DNA of 64,000 nt from a virus (IMGVR_UViG_3300032289_001255:1-64000); one strand, 5' to 3'. Counted from the stretch's first letter, positions 19,300 to 28,017 are shown. Numbers and translations: made by a program. Notes: generated by a model from the sequence alone, not told the origin.

Positions 19300-19932
19300 A
19301 TGAAGTCTTCTAAAGAATTAGTCAATAAACTCGTAAAAGAAACACTAGAACAAAAGTACACCAATGCTTCGGCTTCTTGGAGTGATTTAATCGACGAATT
19401 ATCCAAAGAAATCAAGAAGCCTATTGAACTAGATGATGCTGGTAACTATAATGTATGTGAATGTGAACCATATCACATTAGTATTAGACCAATTGTACAC
19501 GGTATTTGTGATGTACAAGCATTCAAAGATTATAGTGACAGAACCAAGAAACTTTTTATGAAGTTTGAAGATGTCAAGAAATTCGTAAAAGAATATTTAA
19601 CTTCAAAAGATTTAAATTATGTGGACAGTGCTTTATCTAAACCAGTAGATAATAGTAAAGATAAACAAGGCGGTACGTCAGCTGACAAAAAAGAAGATAT
19701 GGAACATATGGTTGATTTCAAAGACAACTATAAAGTAATAAAAAATATCAAAGCTGAACCAATGAATAAAGAAATTGATAACCCAACCGAACCTATGCAA
19801 GTAGTTGGAAAGTTTCTTAAATCATCTGAATATAAGAGTGTTAATCCAAAATACACTCCTCCTACTCTACCAAAAGCTCTGCAAAAATTGGTTGTAAAGT
19901 ATACTAAGGCTGGTAAAGCTAAAAAGAAGTAA
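19300..19932 (+). CDS. Hypothetical protein
   Basis: ORF of about 210 aa (start 19288 or 19300); charged, with a basic C-terminus; no family recognised. Confidence 0.6.
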   Translation: MKSSKELVNKLVKETLEQKYTNASASWSDLIDELSKEIKKPIELDDAGNYNVCECEPYHISIRPIVHGICDVQAFKDYSDRTKKLFMKFEDVKKFVKEYLTSKDLNYVDSALSKPVDNSKDKQGGTSADKKEDMEHMVDFKDNYKVIKNIKAEPMNKEIDNPTEPMQVVGKFLKSSEYKSVNPKYTPPTLPKALQKLVVKYTKAGKAKKK

Positions 19933-19961
19933 TTGACAATTTCTAGGTTTCGATGTACTAT
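19933..19961 (+). promoter_or_regulatory. Sigma70-like promoter
   Basis: TTGACA (19933-38), 17 nt, TACTAT (19956-61). Confidence 0.7.
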
Positions 19962-19988
19962 AAAAGTATATCTAAAAAAAGGATACAT

Positions 19989-20306
19989 ATGAAGAAATTA
20001 ATTACTATCACAGCATTGAGTGCAACTTTAGCCTCTCAAACATTTGCTGGCGATAGAGAATGGGCTACGGTTGGTAAAGTATTGACCGGAGTTGCAGTAA
20101 TTCACGTTATTGATAGAATTGTAAATCCCCCAACACAAGTTGTATATGTACAACCACAACCAGTGGTTTATGCACAGCCTGTAGTAGTACATCCTCAACC
20201 AGTAGTATATTATCAACCTGCTCCTGTTGTATATGTGCAACCACAACCAGCAGTAGTTGTATATGGTGGTTGGGGTCGCCCCGTATGTCATTATCATCAT
20301 CACTGA
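19989..20306 (+). CDS. Secreted or membrane small protein with Pro/Val/Tyr/Gln (PXPV-like) repeats
   Basis: AAGGA ribosome-binding site then ATG 19989; signal-peptide-like 'MKKLITITALSATLASQTFA'; repeats 'VYVQPQPVVYAQP...'. Confidence 0.75.
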   Translation: MKKLITITALSATLASQTFAGDREWATVGKVLTGVAVIHVIDRIVNPPTQVVYVQPQPVVYAQPVVVHPQPVVYYQPAPVVYVQPQPAVVVYGGWGRPVCHYHHH

Positions 20307-20328
20307 TAATATTATTTTAAAATAACCT

Positions 20329-20354
20329 AAACCACCAGTTACGGTGGTTTTTTT
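20329..20354 (+). terminator. Intrinsic terminator
   Basis: AAACCACC-AGTTAC-GGTGGTTT followed by a T run. Confidence 0.75.
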
Positions 20355-20363
20355 ATTTTCTAG

Positions 20364-20391
20364 TTGACTTCTTATAAGTCTGTGGTAAGAT
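20364..20391 (+). promoter_or_regulatory. Sigma70-like promoter with extended -10 for the AAA/vWA operon
   Basis: TTGACT (20364-69), 16 nt, TAAGAT (20386-91), preceded by TGG. Confidence 0.65.
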
Positions 20392-20413
20392 GGTTTTACG
20401 GTAAGAAACACAT

Positions 20414-21385
20414 ATGAAAAATAAAAACTCACTAAATCTGGTTACTGGCAAGGACTTCAATATCAAGGCTTATCTTGACACTTGTGTAAATCTACGTCCA
20501 TCTTCTTTGATTATGGATGATCTCAAGTGGAAGTATATGGTACGTAGTGCTATTCGTGGCAAGAACATTCTGCTTCTTGGTCCAACTGGTTGTGGCAAGA
20601 CTCTAGCAGCGCAAACTGTTGCTAAGGCTATTGGTCGTGAAGATAACTTCTTCTATTTTAATTTGGGTGCTACGCAAGACGCTCGTAGTGCTTTGATTGG
20701 CAACACTCACTTTGATAAGAAGACTGGTACTCTATTTAAGGAGTCTAGTTTCATCAAGGCTATTCGTACCCCTAATGCCATCATTCTTCTTGATGAAATT
20801 AGTCGTAGTCATCACGATGGTGTTAATATTCTAATGACTGTTCTTGATGATCTCCAGCGTTATCTTCGTTTGGATGAAAAGGACGATTGTGAAGTCGTTA
20901 AGGTTGCTGAAGGTGTTACCTTTATCGCTACCGCTAACGTAGGTAACGAATATACCGCTACCCGTGTAATGGATCGTGCTCTACTTTCACGTTTTCCGGT
21001 TAAGATCGAAGTAACTCCGCTTGATAAGGACAGTGAGTTTAATCTTCTAAAGAACCGTTTCGATATTTCTACAGAAAATCATCTTGATATTCTCAAGGCT
21101 GTTTGTGAAATTGCGGAACATACACGTAAGCAGGTTAAGCAAGATGATAGCAAGCTAACCAATTTTATTCCCACTCGTTCAACAGTTGAAATTGCTGAAC
21201 TTATTGTTGACGGATTTAATTTGCTTGAAATTGCGGAGTCAACCATTTATCCTAACTTCAGTGATGATGGAGGTGTAGATAGTGAACGTACTTATATTCG
21301 TCAGCTTGTACAGAAGTACATCAAGGTTGAATCTAAGGAAAAGCTATTTAATGATCCACTAAAGAGTGATCAGCCTCCTTTTTAA
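20414..21385 (+). CDS. MoxR/CobS-type AAA+ ATPase
   Basis: 'NILLLGPTGCGKT' Walker A, 'IILLDEISR' Walker B, 'FIATAN', 'MDRALLSRF'. Confidence 0.9.
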   Translation: MKNKNSLNLVTGKDFNIKAYLDTCVNLRPSSLIMDDLKWKYMVRSAIRGKNILLLGPTGCGKTLAAQTVAKAIGREDNFFYFNLGATQDARSALIGNTHFDKKTGTLFKESSFIKAIRTPNAIILLDEISRSHHDGVNILMTVLDDLQRYLRLDEKDDCEVVKVAEGVTFIATANVGNEYTATRVMDRALLSRFPVKIEVTPLDKDSEFNLLKNRFDISTENHLDILKAVCEIAEHTRKQVKQDDSKLTNFIPTRSTVEIAELIVDGFNLLEIAESTIYPNFSDDGGVDSERTYIRQLVQKYIKVESKEKLFNDPLKSDQPPF

Positions 21386-21410
21386 TAACTAAATAAACAA
21401 ACAAACTATT

Positions 21411-23489
21411 ATGAGTAACTACAGTGATTTCTGGCTTAAAGACAACCATTATGAATGGGATTGGGAAGATGAGCTAGATGCGGCTATTGAAGAAGAATCA
21501 GATACAGATGCTACGGTTGATGCTGAGGATCGTCTCAGTGATACTACTGCTAGGTTGATTCGTCTATCTTCAGCTCGTCGTGCTGTTGCTAACTATGTTA
21601 GTATTCTGACGAACCAGAATATTCCTGTAGTATTCAATGATAGTGCTGTAAATTGTACTGATGGTAAGCTAGTCTATATCAGTAGCGATATTACCAAGAA
21701 GGATAATTTTGATGTGGCTGTCGGACTAGCCTTACACGAAGGCAGCCACATCAAATATTCTGATTTTGAATTGTTTAAGACTGTATGGATGAATGTTCCC
21801 CGTGACATTTATAACTATACTGAAAAGCTAAGCATTTCAAAAGATGAAGTGGGTAAGACTTGTCAGACTATTCTAAACTATGTAGAAGATCGTTTTATCG
21901 ATTATACTGTACATCGTAATGCTCCTGGCTATCGTGGATACTACGATGCTTTGTACGACGAATACTTTAATAACAAAGTAATTAGTGATGCTTTGGATAG
22001 CGATATGTATCGTACACTAAGCATTGATTCTTATATGTACCGTATTATCAATCTTACAAATCCTAATACCAATCTTAAGGCTTTGCCTGGTTTGTACGAC
22101 ATTGCCAAAGAATTGGATCTTACCAATATTAGTCGTTTGACTACTCCAAAGGATCGGTTGAATGTTGCTTATAAGATTGCAGAAATTGTATTTAAAAATA
22201 TCAATGAACACAATCAAAAGCAAACTGGGACTGGATTCGATCAAAATGATAGTGGTGTACCTGACGATTCTAATGGAATGCCCGGTGATGGTGAATCTGG
22301 TAAATCAACTGATGATGTACTTGGCGGTATTGAGTCTACTGTAACAAGTGATAACGCTGCTGTAACAAGTGATGTTGGTACAGATGCAAATGTCAGTAAG
22401 ACTAAACAGAGCAAGATTGCTAAGAGTTTTGAGAAACAGAAAGACTTTCTTGCTGGTAAGATCAAAAAGAAAAAGGTTTCCAAACGTGAAAAGACGATGT
22501 TGGATGTTCTTGAAAAGAGTCAGATCGATCTTGTGCCTGTAGCTCAAGAGATGATGAAAGCTAGTGGATACATTGGAAGTGTAGAATGTATTTTGGTTAA
22601 GAATATGACCAAGGAACTTATTCTATCTGACGAATTTCCAATGAGCATTGGTGCTAACAATGAAGGTAGCCGTACTGAACTACAAAAGAATGTGGATGCT
22701 GGTATTGTTTTGGGTACAAAGCTAGGTCGTCGTCTTCAAATTCGCAACGAAATTAATATTGATAAGTTTACCCGTCGTAATTTGGGTAAGATTGATAAAC
22801 GTTTGATGCATGAATTAGGATTTGAGACTGATACCAATATCTTTTACAGCACATTTACTAATAAGTATAAGAAAGTAAACTTCCATATTAGTGTAGATGC
22901 TAGTTCTAGTATGCGCGGACCAAAGTGGAATCGTACAATCAAGTTATGTGTAGCACTAGCAAAGGCTACATCTATGATTGATAATGTTGATCTTACTATT
23001 AGTTTTCGTACTACTATGAGCCACAATCCATACATTGTGGTTGCTTATAATTCTAAAGTAGACAAGTTTTCAAAGATTAAGAATTTGTTTTCTTATCTAA
23101 TTCCAGTAAATACTACTCCTGAAGGATTGTGCTTTGAAGCACTAATGAAGTTTTTACCAAAGGCTGATACTAATACAAATAGTTATTTTGTTAATATTAG
23201 TGATGGTGAACCGTGTTTTTATTATAACAACACTTCAGCTGGTATTACATTTGCTTATCGTGACAAATCAGCTTGTGAACACACACGTACTCAAGTAAGA
23301 AAGATTAAGGAATCTGGTTATAATATTATTTCCTATTTCGTATCTGATTATGATAGTTTTGGTATAGAAGTGCTACGTCAGAACTTTAAAACGATGTATG
23401 GTAGTGATTCACATTTTATTAATGTGGAGAATCTTAATCAGATTGTTAAAACAGTCAATTGTAAGATGATGGAAGCTATTGACATATAA
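21411..23489 (+). CDS. vWA-domain partner of the MoxR ATPase, with an N-terminal HExxH metallopeptidase-like domain
   Basis: 'ALHEGSHIKYSD' plus 'NYVEDRFID'; acidic low-complexity linker; MIDAS 'VDASSSM', 'TPEG', 'ISDGEP'. Confidence 0.85.
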   Translation: MSNYSDFWLKDNHYEWDWEDELDAAIEEESDTDATVDAEDRLSDTTARLIRLSSARRAVANYVSILTNQNIPVVFNDSAVNCTDGKLVYISSDITKKDNFDVAVGLALHEGSHIKYSDFELFKTVWMNVPRDIYNYTEKLSISKDEVGKTCQTILNYVEDRFIDYTVHRNAPGYRGYYDALYDEYFNNKVISDALDSDMYRTLSIDSYMYRIINLTNPNTNLKALPGLYDIAKELDLTNISRLTTPKDRLNVAYKIAEIVFKNINEHNQKQTGTGFDQNDSGVPDDSNGMPGDGESGKSTDDVLGGIESTVTSDNAAVTSDVGTDANVSKTKQSKIAKSFEKQKDFLAGKIKKKKVSKREKTMLDVLEKSQIDLVPVAQEMMKASGYIGSVECILVKNMTKELILSDEFPMSIGANNEGSRTELQKNVDAGIVLGTKLGRRLQIRNEINIDKFTRRNLGKIDKRLMHELGFETDTNIFYSTFTNKYKKVNFHISVDASSSMRGPKWNRTIKLCVALAKATSMIDNVDLTISFRTTMSHNPYIVVAYNSKVDKFSKIKNLFSYLIPVNTTPEGLCFEALMKFLPKADTNTNSYFVNISDGEPCFYYNNTSAGITFAYRDKSACEHTRTQVRKIKESGYNIISYFVSDYDSFGIEVLRQNFKTMYGSDSHFINVENLNQIVKTVNCKMMEAIDI

Positions 23490-23506
23490 TATAAAGATGG
23501 TATAAT
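23479..23506 (+). promoter_or_regulatory. Consensus sigma70 promoter overlapping the vWA stop codon
   Basis: TTGACA (23479-84), 16 nt, TATAAT (23501-06), preceded by TGG. Confidence 0.75.
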
Positions 23507-23553
23507 ATATAAACAGGGAAATTTATCACAACATAAACAAGAAAGGATAAAAT

Positions 23554-23949
23554 ATGAAAAAGACAGACCGAAAGAATAAGACAAACCTAACAGTAACATG
23601 GCCTTCAAATATCTTTACTATTAAAGAGTTGAATGCTCAGAATCCAGACTTCGTAGAAATTACACTACGAGTTCGTATGAAGAAAGCAATTGATAGTAGT
23701 GAAATTACTGAGATTGGCGTTCTACATAATGGTAAAGGACGACCAACGTTAGTATTTGTGCATGGCACTCCTACTAAAGAACACATTGAAGAAGCGAAGA
23801 GTCGTCAAGTTATCTTGAAGAATCCTCCAACTGTCAATGTCATTAAAATCACAAACATTCCAACGGTTGTGGATATCTTTGACAGAAAGAGTGTTGAAAC
23901 AAGTATTAATGTACAGAGTGGTATGTCTAATAATATTATTGGAGCTTAA
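23554..23949 (+). CDS. Hypothetical protein, possibly a winged-helix DNA-binding protein
   Basis: AAGGA ribosome-binding site; 'FTIKEL...ITLRVRMKKAI...GKGRPTLVF' is wHTH-like. Confidence 0.5.
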   Translation: MKKTDRKNKTNLTVTWPSNIFTIKELNAQNPDFVEITLRVRMKKAIDSSEITEIGVLHNGKGRPTLVFVHGTPTKEHIEEAKSRQVILKNPPTVNVIKITNIPTVVDIFDRKSVETSINVQSGMSNNIIGA

Positions 23950-24191
23950 GGTTTTGGAACATATGACCAAAGCGGATTGTACTTAAGCAATCCGCTTTTT
24001 TCTTTTGTATAGTAATTGATAATAGCTTTTGGGGCTTTTTCTTTTATTGTACGTATATATGCCGATGTCATATTCCAACTTCCATAATAAAGTGGTTCAT
24101 CCATTTCACTATCTAATACCAAAAACTTAGTGGATGTTATTTCGAATATGTAAAACGTTTTATCTTTTAGATTGATTTTTTTAAATGCCAT
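23946..24191 (-). CDS. Hypothetical protein
   Basis: 81-aa ORF convergent with the previous gene; TATTTATAAT motif upstream on the minus strand. Confidence 0.55.
   Translation of the reverse strand: MAFKKINLKDKTFYIFEITSTKFLVLDSEMDEPLYYGSWNMTSAYIRTIKEKAPKAIINYYTKEKSGLLKYNPLWSYVPKP
23969..24003 (+). terminator. Intrinsic terminator lying inside the convergent minus-strand gene
   Basis: AAAGCGGATTG-TACTTAAG-CAATCCGCTTT followed by a T run. Confidence 0.7.
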
Positions 24192-24209
24192 GATATACTA
24201 ATTATAAAT

Positions 24210-25394
24210 ATGGATGCACTACAAGAATTTTTTGGAATTGAATCATTTGATTTCGAGACAAACAAAAAGAAACTCATAGATAATCTTAATTTTCTTAAAT
24301 CAATGACTGTTGAAGAACAGACGTTTTATAAGAAATGGCAAGAAATTCAATCCTATGATGGATCTGTAAACAAGTTAAACGAAGTAAAAGCTAAAATTTG
24401 GACTCCAACCGATTTTAACGATGAAAATCTCACAATATCTGAAATAGAACAATGTAATCCAACGTTGGTTCATATTGACTCAAAACGAGACAATGAAGAC
24501 TGGACATTGATTCGTATTTTTGGTCATACTATGTCGTTTGACCAAACTCCAGGCAGATTTCTTAAATTTCTCGTAACCGATGGAAATAAAGACAATCCCC
24601 GTTACATTGGCGCAATTAGTGTCTCAAGTGATGTAATTGCGATTAGTGATCGCGATTCTTATTTGGGATGGACTTCTGACAACAAGATTAAAGATAAGAA
24701 GTTGGCTCATAGTGCTATTGGCAGTTGTATTATGAGTACTCAACCGATTGGTTATAATTTTCTAGGGGGTAAATTGATAGCTGCAATGATTACAACATCA
24801 ACTGTTCGTGATCTTTGGAAAAAATTATATAATCAAACACTTGTAGGCATGACTACTACTTCGTTATATGGTAGTTATAGTATGTATAACAGTTTGAAGT
24901 GGTGGCATAAATGTGGTAGTAGTGCTGGTAAGATTTCTATTAAACCAGATGAAGATATCTATAAAGTATGGCACGAATGGGTAAAAGATAATCATACTGA
25001 AAAGTATGATAAAGCTATGACTCAGCGTGAAGGTGTATCTGGTCCGGTAACTGGAGCAAAAAGTAGGGTAATAGGTATGATTTTTAGTAAATGTGATATT
25101 AAACAAAGTCATTATCAACATGGATATGAACGTGGGGTATATTATAGTTGTTTTTATGAAAATACCAAAGATTATCTACAAAACAAGATTGATGATGATA
25201 AATTAATTATGAAAGACTTGTTTAAACGTAACACTCAAGCTGTTTGTGAGTGGTGGCGACCAAAGGCTATCGAACGATATAAAAAGCTAAAGAGTGAGTC
25301 AAATTTAAAGACTAATGTACATTTCTATAACAATATGATTGGAATGTCATATGATGAAGCCAAGTCAGTTTATTTTCATGAAGTTGGTCGTTGA
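24210..25394 (+). CDS. DUF4338-like (DruA/Mom-related) protein
   Basis: 'PGRFLKFLVTD...YIGAISVSSDVIAISDRDSYLGW', 'GYNFLGGKLIA', 'GMTTTSLYG' are motifs I associate with DUF4338. Confidence 0.6.
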   Translation: MDALQEFFGIESFDFETNKKKLIDNLNFLKSMTVEEQTFYKKWQEIQSYDGSVNKLNEVKAKIWTPTDFNDENLTISEIEQCNPTLVHIDSKRDNEDWTLIRIFGHTMSFDQTPGRFLKFLVTDGNKDNPRYIGAISVSSDVIAISDRDSYLGWTSDNKIKDKKLAHSAIGSCIMSTQPIGYNFLGGKLIAAMITTSTVRDLWKKLYNQTLVGMTTTSLYGSYSMYNSLKWWHKCGSSAGKISIKPDEDIYKVWHEWVKDNHTEKYDKAMTQREGVSGPVTGAKSRVIGMIFSKCDIKQSHYQHGYERGVYYSCFYENTKDYLQNKIDDDKLIMKDLFKRNTQAVCEWWRPKAIERYKKLKSESNLKTNVHFYNNMIGMSYDEAKSVYFHEVGR

Positions 25395-25419
25395 CATTTT
25401 ATAAAATCTATGATAGAGT
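25391..25419 (+). promoter_or_regulatory. Sigma70-like promoter for uvsE, overlapping the upstream stop codon
   Basis: TTGACA (25391-96), 17 nt, TAGAGT (25414-19), preceded by TGA. Confidence 0.65.
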
Positions 25420-25426
25420 GAGTTAG

Positions 25427-26338
25427 ATGAATAAATCACTTTGTTGTATATCGCTTAAACTCCAAGAACAAAATATCCGAGCTTCGACAATGACGAAGAC
25501 TCGGTTTCTTGCATTGGAACGTAAAACTGCAGAAAAAACTGTAGCAGATCGTACATTGAATAATGTATACGTAACACGTAAGACACTAGAGTTCTGTGTT
25601 TTACACAAATGGAACTATCGGGTTAGTAGTGGTATGATGCCTCTGGAAACTCTTCCAGAAGCAAATCTTTCAATCGAAACCACATACAATTACACAAAAA
25701 TTAAACAAGAGTTTGATTTGTGTACATCTGTCATCAAGAAAAACAATATTCGTTGTAGTACGCATCCAGATCAATTTGTTGTGCCTGCTAGTGCAAATTT
25801 ATCTGTAGTAAAGAAATCTATCATTGAATTGGAAGCTCACGGAAAAATGATGGATGCTATGGGATTGCCTCAGACATATGAAGCTCCAATCAACATTCAT
25901 ATGAACTGTTATAAAGGTAATCTAAATGATATCGCATTGCGTTTTATTGATGTATACAATGATTTGCCTATTAATGTAAAATCCAGATTAGTACTTGAAT
26001 TAGAAGATAAACCCAATAGTTGGGGATTGATTAATCTTTATGATCTGATATATCAAAAAACAGGAATCCCCATTACTTATGACTCACATCATTTTAGATT
26101 AAATAATCCAGAAAATATTTCTCCTGAAAAAGCCATCTTAATGTGTATGGAAACTTGGGGTAAATATAAACCGTTATTTCACTACAGTAATGGTAGATCT
26201 GGTCCAACAGACCGAGCACATTCAGATTATGTATATATTTTACATAAAGAACTATTTGAAAATGATGTTGATGTGGAGTTTGAGTTTAAAGCTAAGGACT
26301 ATGCTCTTGAACGTTTTGAAAAAGAATTCAAAATTTGA
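25427..26338 (+). CDS. uvsE: UV damage endonuclease (UvsE/UvdE, TIM barrel)
   Basis: 'LCCISL', 'YRVSSGMMP', 'THPDQF', 'INIHM', 'LVLELEDK', 'YDSHH', 'HYSN...AHSDY', 'EFKAKD'. Confidence 0.88.
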   Translation: MNKSLCCISLKLQEQNIRASTMTKTRFLALERKTAEKTVADRTLNNVYVTRKTLEFCVLHKWNYRVSSGMMPLETLPEANLSIETTYNYTKIKQEFDLCTSVIKKNNIRCSTHPDQFVVPASANLSVVKKSIIELEAHGKMMDAMGLPQTYEAPINIHMNCYKGNLNDIALRFIDVYNDLPINVKSRLVLELEDKPNSWGLINLYDLIYQKTGIPITYDSHHFRLNNPENISPEKAILMCMETWGKYKPLFHYSNGRSGPTDRAHSDYVYILHKELFENDVDVEFEFKAKDYALERFEKEFKI

Positions 26339-26349
26339 TCAAAAAGTTG

Positions 26350-26378
26350 TTGACGGATTAGTGATTAGATGGTAAGAT
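26350..26378 (+). promoter_or_regulatory. Sigma70-like promoter with extended -10
   Basis: TTGACG (26350-55), 17 nt, TAAGAT (26373-78), preceded by TGG. Confidence 0.7.
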
Positions 26379-26433
26379 AAATTTAAGTTAGTGATGAAAC
26401 TAACGAAACAAAAAAAAGAAAGTAATATATAAT

Positions 26434-26643
26434 ATGTATACACGTACAAATGCTCGTAATAAGACTAACTTCGTAGGACATAACACCACTGGTGTTGAGA
26501 TTTACCTCTCTACTCCGCTAGCGAAGGCCAAGAAGGCTTCACGTTTGACACTTCGTAGTGGTAAGACCCGAGTTGATCTTGATGGTCGTCAAATCAAGGC
26601 TCTACGTGATGTCTTGAATGCTGGATTTAATTCCAAAGCTTGA
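26434..26643 (+). CDS. Small basic hypothetical protein
   Basis: 69 aa, K/R-rich, with its own promoter and codon usage like the highly expressed SSB/recA genes. Confidence 0.7.
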   Translation: MYTRTNARNKTNFVGHNTTGVEIYLSTPLAKAKKASRLTLRSGKTRVDLDGRQIKALRDVLNAGFNSKA

Positions 26644-26683
26644 TTTTTTGATGATGGCGTCCATATAAAAAATATATATTTAT

Positions 26684-26935
26684 ATGGATTCTTTATCACA
26701 TAATCATACAATGTTGTGGCTGCTAGGATTGCTAGCGGCCACTTTTTCTTTTATAAGTTTGTTTTTATCTTACAAAATAATCAAAAAATTTGACGATTTT
26801 CAAATTGCTACTTATGAAGCATTTGAATTATTGAATAATGACCGAGGTAGACTTTTAAAAGAAATTGAAGTGTTGCAAAGACGTAGTAGAATGATAAGCA
26901 ATGAAACAAAAGAAAACAACAGACGAAAAGAATAA
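26684..26935 (+). CDS. Small membrane protein (one TM helix plus coiled coil)
   Basis: 'MLWLLGLLAATFSFISLFLSY' hydrophobic segment. Confidence 0.6.
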   Translation: MDSLSHNHTMLWLLGLLAATFSFISLFLSYKIIKKFDDFQIATYEAFELLNNDRGRLLKEIEVLQRRSRMISNETKENNRRKE

Positions 26936-27374
26936 GTCCCGTGGATTATTTGATCATGTGAGTCATATTCGGGAAGTAAAGAGTGATAACTATTATAATT
27001 CTCTTACTGATTCTGAAAAGAACACATTTAACAAATATATGTTGTTACGTGTATTGAGCATGGATTCGGATATAATTGAGGAAATGGCATTTGTATCTAA
27101 ATACTTTCAAAATATACCCAACGATCAATTCTATAAGCTGTTGATTGAAATTGTGCCAAAAGGAAGACGATTTTCTAAATACATAAAAAAATCAACAGGC
27201 AATGTTAATGATACAATTTTAACGTGTATTTGTGATAAATTTAAAATCGGACAAAAAGACGCAATTGATTATTATAATATTTTTATGGCAGATGAACGTG
27301 GGACTAAAGACTTAATAAGTCTGATTGAATGTTTTGGATATGCGGAAAAAGAAATAGAAAAAATGTTTTCATAA
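26901..27374 (+). CDS. Probable clamp loader small subunit, T4 gp62-like
   Basis: 'LFDHVSHI...FNKYMLLRVLSMD...FSKYIKK' resembles the gp62 pattern; tentative. Confidence 0.5.
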   Translation: MKQKKTTDEKNKSRGLFDHVSHIREVKSDNYYNSLTDSEKNTFNKYMLLRVLSMDSDIIEEMAFVSKYFQNIPNDQFYKLLIEIVPKGRRFSKYIKKSTGNVNDTILTCICDKFKIGQKDAIDYYNIFMADERGTKDLISLIECFGYAEKEIEKMFS

Positions 27375-27375
27375 T

Positions 27376-28017
27376 ATGACTATAATTGGAGTATCAGGAT
27401 ACGCTCGTAGTGGTAAAGATTTATTTACAACGGTTGCTCAAACAGTTCTAAAAGAACATAAACTTAAATCTGAAAAGTTTGCTCTTGCTTATGAACTTAA
27501 AAATGACTTAAAAAGTCTTATTAAAGACAAGACGGGTATAGATATTTTTACAGAAAAAACGGAGGAGAAGAATATTATTAGACCATTATTAGTAGCTTAT
27601 GGCGATGTAATGCGTAAAACTAGTGAAGGTACATATTGGACTAATAAAGTTGCACAACGTATACTTAAAAGTAAAGTTGATGTTGTGTTTATAACTGATA
27701 TTCGATACGATGTTTATCCAGAAGACGAATGTACTTGGTTACGTAATAAAATGAATGGTAAATTGGTTCATATTACCAAGTTTAAACGTGGAACAGTACC
27801 ACAGGCTAAAAGATTTAGCAAAGATAAAATTGTTAAGATATATGATGCTGCTCCAAACGACCATGAGTTATTAAATAACCCCAAAGTAAAAGCAAAAGCT
27901 AATTATGCTTTTGAATGGGAAGATTATAGTGATAAGTTAAATAGTACTTCATTAGAAGATAGTCCATATATCAGAGAAAAAGTAATAGAAGCTCTAAAAG
28001 CAATTAACGTAATTTAA
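27376..28017 (+). CDS. Deoxynucleoside monophosphate kinase-like P-loop kinase
   Basis: 'IIGVSGYARSGKD', 'FALAYELK', 'RPLLVAYG', 'FITDIRY'. Confidence 0.75.
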   Translation: MTIIGVSGYARSGKDLFTTVAQTVLKEHKLKSEKFALAYELKNDLKSLIKDKTGIDIFTEKTEEKNIIRPLLVAYGDVMRKTSEGTYWTNKVAQRILKSKVDVVFITDIRYDVYPEDECTWLRNKMNGKLVHITKFKRGTVPQAKRFSKDKIVKIYDAAPNDHELLNNPKVKAKANYAFEWEDYSDKLNSTSLEDSPYIREKVIEALKAINVI

